Counted from the whole stretch's first letter, positions 13,030-25,797 are shown. The stretch: 63,810 nucleotides of DNA, filler included, from Vicugna vicugna (GCA_013265495.1; 76 parts of 75 records of this genome joined end to end with filler, not necessarily neighbours in it), one strand, 5' to 3'. Notes: a model not told the origin generated them from the sequence alone. Translations and numbers: made by a program.

Positions 13030-14162
13030 CAAACATGCATTTCTGAGTTGTGAACATGCGTATGACTGATGTTTGAACCACCAAACATGTTATATACGCA
13101 CTATGAAATATTTACTTTGACTTCGTAGTTTCTTCCTATCACCAGTTTCAAGAATCACACTTTGATCCCAGAAAAACCCTCTTGGAGCGAATTCTACCCT
13201 AGAGATATGTAATTTGAAAAGATTCCATCTACATGATATTCCGTATTCATTACAAGCTACATACATGACGGATTTGACAAACATGCATTCCTGAGTTGAG
13301 AGCATGTGGATTACTAATGTTTCACCCNNNNNNNNNNNNNNNNNNNNNNNNNNNNNNNNNNNNNNNNNNNNNNNNNNNNNNNNNNNNNNNNNNNNNNNNN
13401 NNNNNNNNNNNNNNNNNNNNNNNNNNNNNNNNNNNNNNNNNNNNNNNNNNNNNNNNNNNNNNNNNNNNNNNNNNNNNNNNNNNNNNNNNNNNNNNNNNNN
13501 NNNNNNNNNNNNNNNNNNNNNNNNNNNNNNNNNNNNNNNNNNNNNNNNNNNNNNNNNNNNNNNNNNNNNNNNNNNNNNNNNNNNNNNNNNNNNNNNNNNN
13601 NNNNNNNNNNNNNNNNNNNNNNNNNNNNNNNNNNNNNNNNNNNNNNNNNNNNNNNNNNNNNNNNNNNNNNNNNNNNNNNNNNNNNNNNNNTCACCAATAC
13701 ACATGTAATTTACATTGTTTACATAACCATGGCATTCCGTATTACGAACATGTTTCATGCATCACGGATTCCTCAAACATGCATTTCTGAATTGTGAACA
13801 TGCGCATGACTGATGTTTCAACTGCCAAACAAGTTACCTATGCACTCTCAAATATTTACATTGACTTTGTAGCTTCTTCCTATCACCAGTTTCAAGAATC
13901 ACACTTTGATCCCAGAAAAACCCTCTTGGAGCGAATTCTTCCCTAGAGATATGTAATTTGAATAGATTCCATCTACATATTCCGTGTTCATTACATGCTA
14001 CATACATGACTGATTTGATAAACATGCATTCCTGAGTTGAGAGCATGTCGATTACTAATTTTTCATCCTCTATAAAAGGAATATTTTCATCTAGACACGT
14101 GTACAAATTTTGACAGTCTTTCCCTAACATCAGGTTCGAATTCGTGCATTTTTCCAGAAAAA
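13030..14162 (-). repeat. Satellite E
   Basis: CACCAGTTTCAAGAATCACACTTTGATCCCAGAAAAACCCTCTTGGAGCG occurs twice (~13140 and ~13884). Confidence 0.9.
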
Positions 14163-14262
14163 NNNNNNNNNNNNNNNNNNNNNNNNNNNNNNNNNNNNNN
14201 NNNNNNTTAATTAATTAANNNNNNNNNNNNNNNNNNNNNNNNNNNNNNNNNNNNNNNNNNNN

Positions 14263-15363
14263 CAAACCCCCCTAGCATTCCCTGGCACAGAGAAATTAGA
14301 AAAACCACAGGGGAGTCGAGCTTAGGCTTTCCGTTAGATACCCACGCGCTGCTGACCGTTGGTGGAACCTCCCCACGCTCAGGATTCCGAATCCATTGTC
14401 AGGGCTTGGGGGAGCTCGATAGACAAATCCACGCAGCTCTCTTCAGTCACAGGTGTTCCCTGTTCGGGGAAGTCCGAGAAGTACCTTCCCTGACCTTGGG
14501 GAGGCAGCCTCTGTCACTGGGATATCCTNNNNNNNNNNNNNNNNNNNNNNNNNNNNNNNNNNNNNNNNNNNNNNNNNNNNNNNNNNNNNNNNNNNNNNNN
14601 NNNNNNNNNNNNNNNNNNNNNNNNNNNNNNNNNNNNNNNNNNNNNNNNNNNNNNNNNNNNNNNNNNNNNNNNNNNNNNNNNNNNNNNNNNNNNNNNNNNN
14701 NNNNNNNNNNNNNNNNNNNNNNNNNNNNNNNNNNNNNNNNNNNNNNNNNNNNNNNNNNNNNNNNNNNNNNNNNNNNNNNNNNNNNNNNNNNNNNNNNNNN
14801 NNNNNNNNNNNNNNNNNNNNNNNNNNNNNNNNNNNNNNNNNNNNNNNNNNNNNNNNCGCTGCCGACCGTTGTTGGAACCTCCCCAAGCTCAGGATTCCGG
14901 AACCATTGTCAGGGCATGGGGGAGCTCGAGAGACAACTCCACGCAGCTCTCTTCAGTCACAGGAGTTCCCTGTTCGGGGAAGTCCAAGAAGTTCCTTGCC
15001 CGACCTTGGGGAGGCAGCCTCTGACACTGGGATACCCTGAAAACCCACCTAGCATTCCCTGGCACAGAGACATTAGGAAAACACTCAGGGGAGACGAGCT
15101 TAGGCTTTCCGTTAGAACCCACGCGCTGCCGACCGTTGGTCTAACCTCCCCACGCTCAGGATTCCGGAACCATTGTCAGGGCATGGGGGAGCTCGAGAGA
15201 CAACTCCACGCAGCTCTCTTCAGTCACAGGTGTTCCCTGTTCGGGGAAGTCCGAGAATTACCTTCCCTGACCTTGGGGAGGCAGCCTCTATCACTGGGAA
15301 ACCCTGCAAACACCCCTTGCTTTCCCTGGCACAGAGATATTAGGAAAACCCTCAGGGGAGACG
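14263..15363 (+). repeat. Satellite A (267-bp monomer)
   Basis: CCATTGTCAGG at 14903 and 15170 gives an exact 267-bp period; monomers highly similar. Confidence 0.95.
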
Positions 15364-15463
15364 NNNNNNNNNNNNNNNNNNNNNNNNNNNNNNNNNNNNN
15401 NNNNNNNTTAATTAATTAANNNNNNNNNNNNNNNNNNNNNNNNNNNNNNNNNNNNNNNNNNNN

Positions 15464-16000
15464 AAGTGTGTATGAAAGCCGTCCTTCACATAGCTTGAAG
15501 GGAATACAAAGTTCCTTTTCAGATGCAAACTCCAGTGCATACATTAATATGGGGAGGTACAAGCTCCAACTCGGTTTCACAGTGAAAACGGCAGGAACTT
15601 CAAACCGTCACTAGGAAACAGACTGAGAAACCAGAGTAAGTGCTTCTCCTGCAACCAATTCCCTTTGTGCTAGATGAACGAACGACTCTCCACATGCTCA
15701 GTTCTGAGAGATAAGTGTGTGTGAAAGCCTTCCTTCACCTAGCATGAAGGGAACACAAAGTTTCTTTTCAGTTGAAAACTCCTCTACATACATATATATT
15801 TGGAGAAACAACCTCAAACACGGTTTCAAGTTTCACAGTCTGCAGGAACTTCAAACCGGCACTAGAAAAAGATGGAGAAACCACAGTAAGTGTTTCTCAT
15901 GCAAACCGTTCCTTTCTGTTAGATGAACGAAAGTCACTCCCTATGCTCAGCTCTGAGAGAAAAGTGTGTGTGAAAGCCTTCCTTCACCAAGATTGAACGG
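15464..16000 (+). repeat. Satellite C
   Basis: AAGTGTGT.TGAAAGCC recurs at ~15464, ~15713 and ~15962. Confidence 0.9.
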
Positions 16001-16100
16001 NNNNNNNNNNNNNNNNNNNNNNNNNNNNNNNNNNNNNNNNNNNNTTAATTAATTAANNNNNNNNNNNNNNNNNNNNNNNNNNNNNNNNNNNNNNNNNNNN

Positions 16101-16958
16101 AGGGTTTTTCTAATGTCTCTGTGCCCGGGAATGCTAGGGGGGTTTTCAGAATATCTCAGTGACAGAAGCTGCCTCCCAAAGTTCAGGGAAATTATTTCTC
16201 GGACTCCCCCGAACAGGGAACACCTGTGACTGAAGAGAGCTGCGTGGAGTTGTCTCTCGAGCTCCGCCATGCACTGACAATGTTTCCGGAGTCCTGAGCG
16301 TGGGGAGGTTCCACCAGCGGTCGGCAGCGTGTGGGTTCTAACGGAAAGCCTAAGCTCGTCTCCCCTGAGGTTTTTCCTAATGTCTCTGCCAGGGAATGCT
16401 CGGGGGGTTTGCAGGATATCCCAGTGACAGAGGCTGCCTCCACAAGTCCAGGGAAGCTATTTCTCGTACTTCGCTGAACAGGGAACATATGTGAGTGACG
16501 AGAGCTGCGTGGAGTTGTCTCTCGAGCTCCGCCATGCACTGACAATGTTTCCGGAGTCCTGAGCGTGGGGAGGTTCCACCAGCGGTCGGCAGCGTGTGGG
16601 TTCTAACGGAAAGCCTAAGCTCGTCTCCCCTGAGGTTTTTCCTAATATCTCTGTGATAGGGAATGCTAGGGGGATTTGCAGGATATCCCAGTGACAGAGG
16701 CTGCCTCCCCAAGGTCAGGGAAAGTATTTCTCAAACTTNNNNNNNNNNNNNNNNNNNNNNNNNGAAGAGAGCTGTGTGGAGTTGTCTCTCGAGTTCCCCA
16801 TGCACTGACACTGGTACCGGAATCCTGAGCGTGGGGAGGTTCCACCAACGATCGACAGCGAGTGGGTTCTAACGGATTGCCTAAGTTCGTCTCCCCTGAG
16901 TGTTTTCTTAATATCTCTATGCCAGGGAATGCTAGGGGGGTTTGCATGATATCCCAGT
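16101..16958 (-). repeat. Satellite A
   Basis: Reverse complement of the A monomer, about 3 copies. Confidence 0.95.
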
Positions 16959-17058
16959 NNNNNNNNNNNNNNNNNNNNNNNNNNNNNNNNNNNNNNNNNN
17001 NNTTAATTAATTAANNNNNNNNNNNNNNNNNNNNNNNNNNNNNNNNNNNNNNNNNNNN

Positions 17059-17460
17059 TGTATGACAGATTTGGCAATCATGAGTTTCTGACTTGTGAGC
17101 ATGGGGATTACATAACTTTCACCCTCCGAAAAAGGCGTATATAGACTTAGAAATATTTCCTCTGACTTCATAGGTTTTTCCTATCACCAGGTTGTAAAAT
17201 CGGACATCTGGCACGAGAAAACTCTCTTTGAGCGAATTCTCACCAATACACATGTAATTTACATTGTTTACATAACCATGGAATTCCGTATTACGAGCAT
17301 GTTTCATGCATCACATTTCATGCATCACGTATTCCTCAAACATGCATTTCTGAGTTGTGAACATGTGCATGACTGATATTTCAACCACCAATTTACCTAT
17401 GCACTCTGAAATACATACTTTGTCTTTGTAGCTTCTTCCTATCACCAGTTTCAAGAATCA
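17059..17460 (-). repeat. Satellite E
   Basis: Matches 48455-48860. Confidence 0.88.
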
Positions 17461-17560
17461 NNNNNNNNNNNNNNNNNNNNNNNNNNNNNNNNNNNNNNNN
17501 NNNNTTAATTAATTAANNNNNNNNNNNNNNNNNNNNNNNNNNNNNNNNNNNNNNNNNNNN

Positions 17561-17979
17561 GTGGGTTCTAACGGAAAGCCTAAGCTCGTCTCCCCTGAAT
17601 ATTTTACTAATGTCCCTGTGCCAGGGAATGCAAGGGGGGTTTGCAGGGTATCCCAGTGCCAGAGGCTGCCTCCCCAAGGTCAGGGAAAGTTCTTCTCGGA
17701 CTTCCCCGAGCAGGGAACACCTGTGACTGAAGAGAGCTGCGTAGATTTGTCTCTCGAGCTCCACCACGCCCTAACAATGGTTCAGGAATCCTGAGCGTGG
17801 GGAGGTTCCACACGGCAGCGCGTGTGTTCTAACGGAAAGCCTAAGCTCGTTTCCCCTGAGGGTTTTCCTAATGTCTATGTGCCAAGGAATGCTAGGGGGG
17901 TTTGCAGGGTATCCCAGTGACAGATGCTGCGTTTCCAAGTTCAGGGAAGGTACTTCTCGGACTTCCTCGAACAGGGAAC
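17561..17979 (-). repeat. Satellite A
   Basis: Reverse complement of the A monomer. Confidence 0.95.
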
Positions 17980-18079
17980 NNNNNNNNNNNNNNNNNNNNN
18001 NNNNNNNNNNNNNNNNNNNNNNNTTAATTAATTAANNNNNNNNNNNNNNNNNNNNNNNNNNNNNNNNNNNNNNNNNNNN

Positions 18080-18291
18080 ATTTGTCAGGAGGACTCGAGC
18101 CAGGATGACCGCCTCTCGGAACACACTGAGGGATTGCTCCCAAGAGTAGGGGAGAAGCTAGGATTATATAGGAGCTTTACAACAAAGACCAGGTAGTTAG
18201 AACAATAAAACATTGCTTGTTATCTAAAGAAAGCCAGGTATCTCACGTTCAAGAATTTAGTGCTTTTCAATATATGGGAGGAAGCCAACAT
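18080..18291 (-). mobile_element. ERV1-type LTR fragment
   Basis: Minus-strand TATA (CCTATATAA); resembles ungulate ERV1 LTRs as I recall them (GAATTTAGTGCTTTTC..TATGGGA). Confidence 0.55.
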
Positions 18292-18950
18292 NNNNNNNNN
18301 NNNNNNNNNNNNNNNNNNNNNNNNNNNNNNNNNNNNNNNNNNNNNNNNNNNNNNNNNNNNNNNNNNNNNNNNNNNNNNNNNNNNNNNNNNNNNNNNNNNN
18401 NNNNNNNNNNNNNNNNNNNNNNNNNNNNNNNNNNNNNNNNNNNNNNNNNNNNNNNNNNNNNNNNNNNNNNNNNNNNNNNNNNNNNNNNNNNNNNNNNNNN
18501 NNNNNNNNNNNNNNNNNNNNNNNNNNNNNNNNNNNNNNNNNNNNNNNNNNNNNNNNNNNNNNNNNNNNNNNNNNNNNNNNNNNNNNNNNNNNNNNNNNNN
18601 NNNNNNNNNNNNNNNNNNNNNNNNNNNNNNNNNNNNNNNNNNNTGAATGGGAAGGGTTTCTGCACGTTACAGGAGAAGGCAAGGCAGAATTCCTCTTCTT
18701 TGTGGGCAGGTATGTGAGTCCAACTTTCCTTTCTGAAGTGCTTTCTGAGAACTGTTTATGGTAATTAAGGAACATAGACAAACCGTGGCACACATTGCAT
18801 TTAAGAACTGGCCGGCTTCAAACTTGGGTATTGGACAGGTGGATTTCATANNNNNNNNNNNNNNNNNNNNNNNNNNNNNNNNNNNNNNNNNNNNTTAATT
18901 AATTAANNNNNNNNNNNNNNNNNNNNNNNNNNNNNNNNNNNNNNNNNNNN

Positions 18951-19376
18951 GACCTAAACAAGCATTTCCCCAATAAAGACACAAAAGGCCAATAGACACA
19001 TGAAAATATGCTCAATATCACTAATAAACAGAGAAATGCAAATCAAAACTGCAATGAACTATCAACTCACACCAGTCAGAATGGCCATCACTCAGAAATT
19101 CATGAATGAGAAATGCTAGAGAGGCTGTAGAGGGAAGGGTACCCTCTTATACTGCTGGTGGGAATCCAGTTTGGTGTAGTCATTACGGAAAGCATGGAAA
19201 TCCCTCAAAAACTAAAAGTAGACTTATCTTGTGACCCAGCAATCCCACTTCTCGGTATATAACTGGAAGGAACCTCAATGTGAAAAGATACCTGCACCCC
19301 AGTATTCATAGATCAGTATTCATAGCACCATTGTACAGAATAGCCGAGACATGGAGGCAAGCTAAATGTAGCAACA
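18951..19376 (+). mobile_element. LINE-1 ORF2 3' end fragment
   Basis: AGAGAAATGCAAATCAAAAC, CACACCAGTCAGAATGGCCATC, GACCCAGCAATCCCACT, GATACCTGCACCCC. Confidence 0.9.
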
Positions 19377-21081
19377 NNNNNNNNNNNNNNNNNNNNNNNN
19401 NNNNNNNNNNNNNNNNNNNNTTAATTAATTAANNNNNNNNNNNNNNNNNNNNNNNNNNNNNNNNNNNNNNNNNNNNATATCACATTTTTGTGAAATGTAT
19501 CTGGATAGTGTTGATTCATCGATGCCCAGTTGGCAGAGAAGAAGTGCAACCTGCACTCACTCGCCCCCATTTACAGAGCAATGGAAACATCCACTCACCC
19601 AGCGCTTGGCACAGGACACTTGCCGAAGAAAGGTCTGTTACATCCAAAGACAGGATAAGGCCTCAGGACACCTGGAAGCAGGAGATGGCAAAGCAGGGAA
19701 TGGAAACCAGTGCAGGGTCTGACCCCTGGTGATGGAGCAACAAGGGTGAAACTCTGTTTACCTTGGACGCACACTCTCAAGCGGACAGGAGACATGGGAT
19801 TGAAGGTGATGTGCTGAGATTTACAAGCGTGCACAGCAGATGCTTGGCTGACAGAACTCAAAGGAACCAGCGCAAAATGTCCCCACAGTTGATTCTGAGA
19901 CCAAGACTCGAGCTGCCAAATTTGAGGTAGCAGAGGCAACAGTCAGTGAGGGATTGGGCTACGGATGATGGCACACGCTGAGTCTCAGGGATCTGGAGTG
20001 TGTTGTGGGATGTGGTGGGTCGAATCAAGAGAGCAAACAGAACTGTGTACCAATGATAAAGCAACCACANNNNNNNNNNNNNNNNNNNNNNNNNNNNNNN
20101 NNNNNNNNNNNNNNNNNNNNNNNNNNNNNNNNNNNNNNNNNNNNNNNNNNNNNNGCTACGGATGATGGCACACGCTGAGTCTCAGGGATCTGGAGTGTGT
20201 TGTGGGATGTGGTGGGTCGAATCAAGAGAGCAAACCGAACTTTGTACCAATGATAAAGCAACCACACTGGCCGGGCGGTTGAGATTACGGATATATCCCA
20301 TGGCCACACCCAGTGCATCTGCAGGACCAAGGACCAATTGGGCATTTTGCCAATAGAGCACGTGTGGGTCAGAGTCAGAGATATCGTGCATCTGGTCTGA
20401 GGGGTCCAGGGGGCCTNNNNNNNNNNNNNNNNNNNNNNNNNNNNNNNNNNNNNNNNNNNNTTAATTAATTAANNNNNNNNNNNNNNNNNNNNNNNNNNNN
20501 NNNNNNNNNNNNNNNNTCGTGTGGGGGTACAGCGCCCCCTGGAGGCCGCGGGACAGTGCAGAGAGCCCAGGAGGAGCGGGCAATTCCCCAAAGTTGGGCT
20601 GACAGGTCACAACCAACTCACTGGGAACCGAGAGGTACAGAGATATTGTTAACATTTTGTCCCTCTTCCTGGAAATAAAACTGCTTCCTGTTGAATAGCC
20701 TGTGCCGTTAGTGATAATTAAAGACATGAAGTAACATTTCCTCAAAAGTCATCCATTGTGTAGTTGTTAATAAGGGTCAAATGCAAACTTGTATAGATTA
20801 AATCAAACAGTCATCATCGTTTTTTAAAATATTTTTTAAATTCTTTTAAAATAAAAATTCTTACTGTCTTTGTTCTTCATTTCAGGGTTCAATTGGTGAT
20901 AATAATAGTAACAAAGGCAACAGCAAACCTTTACACAGCTCTGTCCTGCTGTTCCAAGAACTCTGTGTTCATGTCAATCCANNNNNNNNNNNNNNNNNNN
21001 NNNNNNNNNNNNNNNNNNNNNNNNNTTAATTAATTAANNNNNNNNNNNNNNNNNNNNNNNNNNNNNNNNNNNNNNNNNNNN

Positions 21082-22268
21082 AATATAGAATTTAGAATAT
21101 AGAATGTAGAATACAGAATTTATAATTTAGAATACAGAAAGCTGAATATAATATTTACAATATAGAATGTAGAACACAGATATAGAATATAGAATATAGA
21201 TTATAGAACCCAGAATTTAGAACATGGAATGCAGAAGACAGTAATTACAATATATAATACAGTATACTGATCATAGAACTTAGAANNNNNNNNNNNNNNN
21301 NNNCAGAATTTAGAATATGGAATACAGAATACTGAATATAGAATGGAGAACATGGGGTGCAGAACACAGAATTTAGAATATGAAATACAGAATACTGAAA
21401 AGAGAATTTAGAATATAGAAAATAGAACACAGAATATAGAATATTGAATAGAGAATTTAGAACATGGGATGCAGAACACAGAGTTTAGAATATAAAATAC
21501 AGAATACGGAATATAGAATAGAGAATATAGAAAGTAGAACACATAATATATAATGTAGAATACGGAATGCAGAATATAGAATACAGAATATAGAATTTAG
21601 AACACAGAATATAAANNNNNNNNNNNNNNNNNNNNNNNNNNNNNNNNNNNNNNNNNNNNNNNNNNNNNNNNNNNNNNNNNNNNNNNNNNNNNNNNNNNNN
21701 NNNNNNNNNNNNNNNNNNNNNNNNNNNNNNNNNNNNNNNNNNNNNNNNNNNNNNNNNNNNNNNNNNNNNNNNNNNNNNNNNNNNNNNNNNNNNNNNNNNN
21801 NNNNNNNNNNNNNNNNNNNNNNNNNNNNNNNNNNNNNNNNNNNNNNNNNNNNNNNNNNNNNNNNNNNNNNNNNNNNNNNNNNNNNNNNNNNNNNNNNNNN
21901 NNNNNNNNNNNNNNNNNNNNNNNNNNNNNNNNNNNNNNNNNNNNNNNNNNNNNNNNNNNNNNNNNNNNNNNNNNNNNNNNNNNNNNNNNNNNNNNNNNNN
22001 NNNNNNNNNNNNNNNNNNNNNNNNNNNNNNNNNNNNNNNNNNNNNNNNNNNNNNNNNNNNNNNNNNNNNNNNNNNNNNNNNNNNNNNNNNNNNNNNNNNN
22101 NNNNNNNNNNNNNNNNNNNNNNNNNNNNNNNNNNNNNNNNNNNNNNNNNNNNNNNNNNNNNNNATATAGAATATATAGAAGCCAGAATTTAGAATATTGA
22201 ATGCAGAACACAGGGTTTTGAAAATAAAAACGGAATACTGAATGTAGGATTTTGAATATAGAATGCAG
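21082..22268 (+). repeat. Satellite D heptamer
   Basis: AGAATAT/AGAATTT/AGAACAC periodicity. Confidence 0.95.
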
Positions 22269-22599
22269 NNNNNNNNNNNNNNNNNNNNNNNNNNNNNNNN
22301 NNNNNNNNNNNNTTAATTAATTAANNNNNNNNNNNNNNNNNNNNNNNNNNNNNNNNNNNNNNNNNNNNCTCATTACTCAATTTTGCCTTCTAAGTTTCCT
22401 AGTCAGCATCTAGCTAGCCTCTACTGCTCCCGCTGCCTCAGGCAGTTGTAATGTTAAATACTCACTGCTGATTGTTTCCCACACACACTCTGGGGACAGG
22501 CTGTTTGCACAGCATGAGTTTGTGATAGGTCAAATAGTGACAGCTTTCTGGGGGCGGATTTCTTGGGTAACTTTAAATCACTTCTGCCCCTACCTTGAC

Positions 22600-22827
22600 T
22601 AAAAAAGTGAGACTATTGCTTTTAAAGGCCACCATTTAGGTTAGGATACAGGGATGGGGTAGATCAAGTTACAATGCCACAAAACTCACTATCTTTATGG
22701 AGATTTAGCTGTTTTTTTCTCAAATAAACAGTCCCCAGATTGCTGGAAGTCTTGGCTTAAAATCCAGAGTTCTACAGAGGTCAATTTTGACAAATTTTGC
22801 CATTGTCATTGCTTCATAGAGAAGTAA
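22600..22827 (-). mobile_element. Possible ancient L1M 5'-end fragment
   Basis: TCCAGAGTTCT...AATTTTGACAAATTTTGCCA resembles antisense old L1M 5' UTR (from memory). Confidence 0.45.
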
Positions 22828-24659
22828 NNNNNNNNNNNNNNNNNNNNNNNNNNNNNNNNNNNNNNNNNNNNTTAATTAATTAANNNNNNNNNNNNNNNNN
22901 NNNNNNNNNNNNNNNNNNNNNNNNNNNAAGGAGAACTGCAAATATGGGAAAGCAGCATAAATGATAACCACCTCTCCAAGCCACAATTCAGATCATTTGC
23001 TATTTGACTTTCTATATAGCAAAACAGGTGCTCAGCGGTGGCATCTTCCTAGTCTCGGAGGAATTTATATTTCAGCTAAAGATTCTCTTTGAGGGAGGAG
23101 TCACTGATAAGGACGAGCATTTGAACTGATCCTCTAAAGAGGAAGCTGGAGTCTCAAGATGGAGATGGGGATGCAGAATGTTTTGAGTAGATGAAGCAAA
23201 AAAAGTACTTTTTCGAAACCAAAGCCATGGAAGCACCTAAAATGTGTGAGGCCAGGGAGGAGGACACGGGAAGTTCCCTGTGACTAGCATGTCAGCACCA
23301 GGGATCCTGGGGCAGTTAAATAATTATTTCTGTTTTCCTCAGAGTCTCAGGAATCTGGTTTCTGGTGCTGTGTGGCACTTGCACACATTTTTTTCATGCA
23401 GTCCCACATCCCAGTCCTACATGATTCAAACCTGAGTTCACACCTGGAATCTCTCCTATCAGATCCACTCCAGCTTCAACCTACTTGTATCACAACTTCA
23501 TCCCATGGGGTAGAAACTAAAAAAGTGAAGTGGACAGTGAGCAAATTTTTTTTAAAGTTTTAAATATTTAAAATATAAAATAAAATCATTTCTGGCTTTC
23601 CTTTTTACATAGACAAAAAGAAGTCTATCTAGGGAACTGTTCTGTTTTTNNNNNNNNNNNNNNNNNNNNNNNNNNNNNNNNNNNNNNNNNNNNTTAATTA
23701 ATTAANNNNNNNNNNNNNNNNNNNNNNNNNNNNNNNNNNNNNNNNNNNNCATCCCCAATTGTTGCTGAAGAAGCTCGCAGTCTCCATCTCAGTGTACATG
23801 GCTGAGTCCCATGAATAATGGAGGCAAAAGAGTACACTAAAGATGGCCCATCATGTGTTTTGTGTTTCCGTATTTCAAGGGTCTAGGGCCTAGGCTCAGC
23901 TAAAATGTCAGATGGGATTTTATGTTCCAGCCAAATAGTCGTTCCTAGCACAGCTGTGCCACCATTCTCTAGGAAGCTTTCGAATTCCCCTTCTCCTTTT
24001 CTTCCATCTCCTCCTCCTCCTTGTCCTCTGCTCCCCCTCCCCTCCCGATTCCCACTCCCCACCCCCAACCTTCCTCTCACCATCACCATCCTCCTCCCCC
24101 CTCCCTTCCCTCTGCCCCTCCCCAGGTGTTCGATTTTTGAAAACACACCCTCACTTACGATCTCTATCCTACTGGGTCCATCTTGGCTGAGGCGGGGCTA
24201 CTGTTGCACTCCCCAACTTTATTGGAGTTGTCTGTCTCTTCTCCCAAGTGCTGGTGCCGGGCCCTCCTTTTCAGCTCAGGATTCTTGCCTGACTTTCCCG
24301 GACTCGCGCCGTCCAGAGAAGGAATGATCCTCTACATATAGCCTGCTTCCATGTCTTTTCACCATCAAACGATTTGGCCTTGCTTCCCTTTTGGCGGCTT
24401 CGGCTGGGAAGTTCGCTAGGGAATGCATTCCGTCGTTTTGCTTGGGCCGCATTCCCGAAGGTGGAGCACCAGATGCCATGCCATTGGGCAGGCGTCCTTG
24501 GGGCTGCTGGATAACTTCTGACCTGGGTTGACCTGGGAGATGGCCCCAGGCGAGTGAGGNNNNNNNNNNNNNNNNNNNNNNNNNNNNNNNNNNNNNNNNN
24601 NNNTTAATTAATTAANNNNNNNNNNNNNNNNNNNNNNNNNNNNNNNNNNNNNNNNNNNN

Positions 24660-25797
24660 ATCTATTCAAATTACATATCTCTAGTTTAGAATTCGCTCCA
24701 AGAGTTTTTTTCTGTGGTCAAAGTGTGATTCCTGAACCTGGTGATAGGAAGAAGCTACGAAGTCAAAGTAAATATTTCAGAGTGCATATATAACATGTTT
24801 GCTTTTGAAACATCAGTCATACACATGTTCACAACTCAGAAATGCACGTTTGAGGAATCCGTGATGCATGAATCATGTTCGTAATACGGAATGCAATGGT
24901 TATGTAAACAATGCAAATTACATGTGTATTGGTGAGATTTAGCTCAAAGAGTGTTTTCTGGTGCCAAATGTTCGANNNNNNNNNNNNNNNNNNNNNNNNN
25001 NNNNNNNNNNNNNNNNNNNNNNNNNNNNNNNNNNNNNNNNNNNNNNNNNNNNNNNNNNNNNNNNNNNNNNNNNNNNNNNNNNNNNNNNNNNNNNNNNNNN
25101 NNNNNNNNNNNNNNNNNNNNNNNNNNNNNNNNNNNNNNNNNNNNNNNNNNNNNNNNNNNNNNNNNNNNNNNNNNNNNNNNNNNNNNNNNNNNNNNNNNNN
25201 NNNNNNNNNNNNNNNNNNNNNNNNNNNNNNNNNNNNNNNNNNNNNNNNNNNNNNNNNNNNNNNNNNNNNNNNNNNNNNNNNNNNNNNNNNNNNNNNNNNN
25301 NNNNNNNNNNNNNNNNNNNNNNNNNNNNNNNNNNNNNNNNNNNNNNNNNNNNNNNNNNNNNNNNNNNNNNNNNNNNNNNNNNNNNNNNNNNNNNNNNNNN
25401 NNNNNNNNNNNNNNNNNNNNNNNNNNNNNNNNNNNNNNNNNNNNNNNNNNNNNNNNNNNNNNNNNNNNNNNNNNNNNNNNNNNNNNNNNNNNNNNNNNNN
25501 NNNNNNNNNNNNNNNNNNNNNNNNNNNNNNNNNNNNNNNNNNNNNNNNNNNNNNNNNNNNNNNNNNNNNNNNNNNNNNNNNNNNNNNNNNNNNNNNNNNN
25601 NNNNNNNNNNNNNNNNNNNNNNNNNNNNNNAGGAATCCATGATGCATGAAACATGTTCGTAGTAAGGAATGCCATGGTTATGTAAATAAAGCAAATTACA
25701 TGTGTATTGGTGAGATTTCGCTCAAAGAGTTTTTTCTGGTGCCAAACGTTCGATTTTAGAACCTGGTGATAGGAAAAACCTATGAAGGAACACGGAA
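24660..25797 (+). repeat. Satellite E
   Basis: Same blocks as other E scaffolds. Confidence 0.88.

Noticed and set aside
23883..24559. Pro-rich ORF 23905-24327 and minus-strand ORF 24276-24479
   Set aside because: The first comes from a polypyrimidine low-complexity tract; the second is unrecognised, with stops in all frames before the GTAAGT donor-like site at 24153-24158
25780..25797. Abrupt register jump in satellite E at scaffold end
   Set aside because: Only ~10 bp at a contig edge; cannot be distinguished from misassembly
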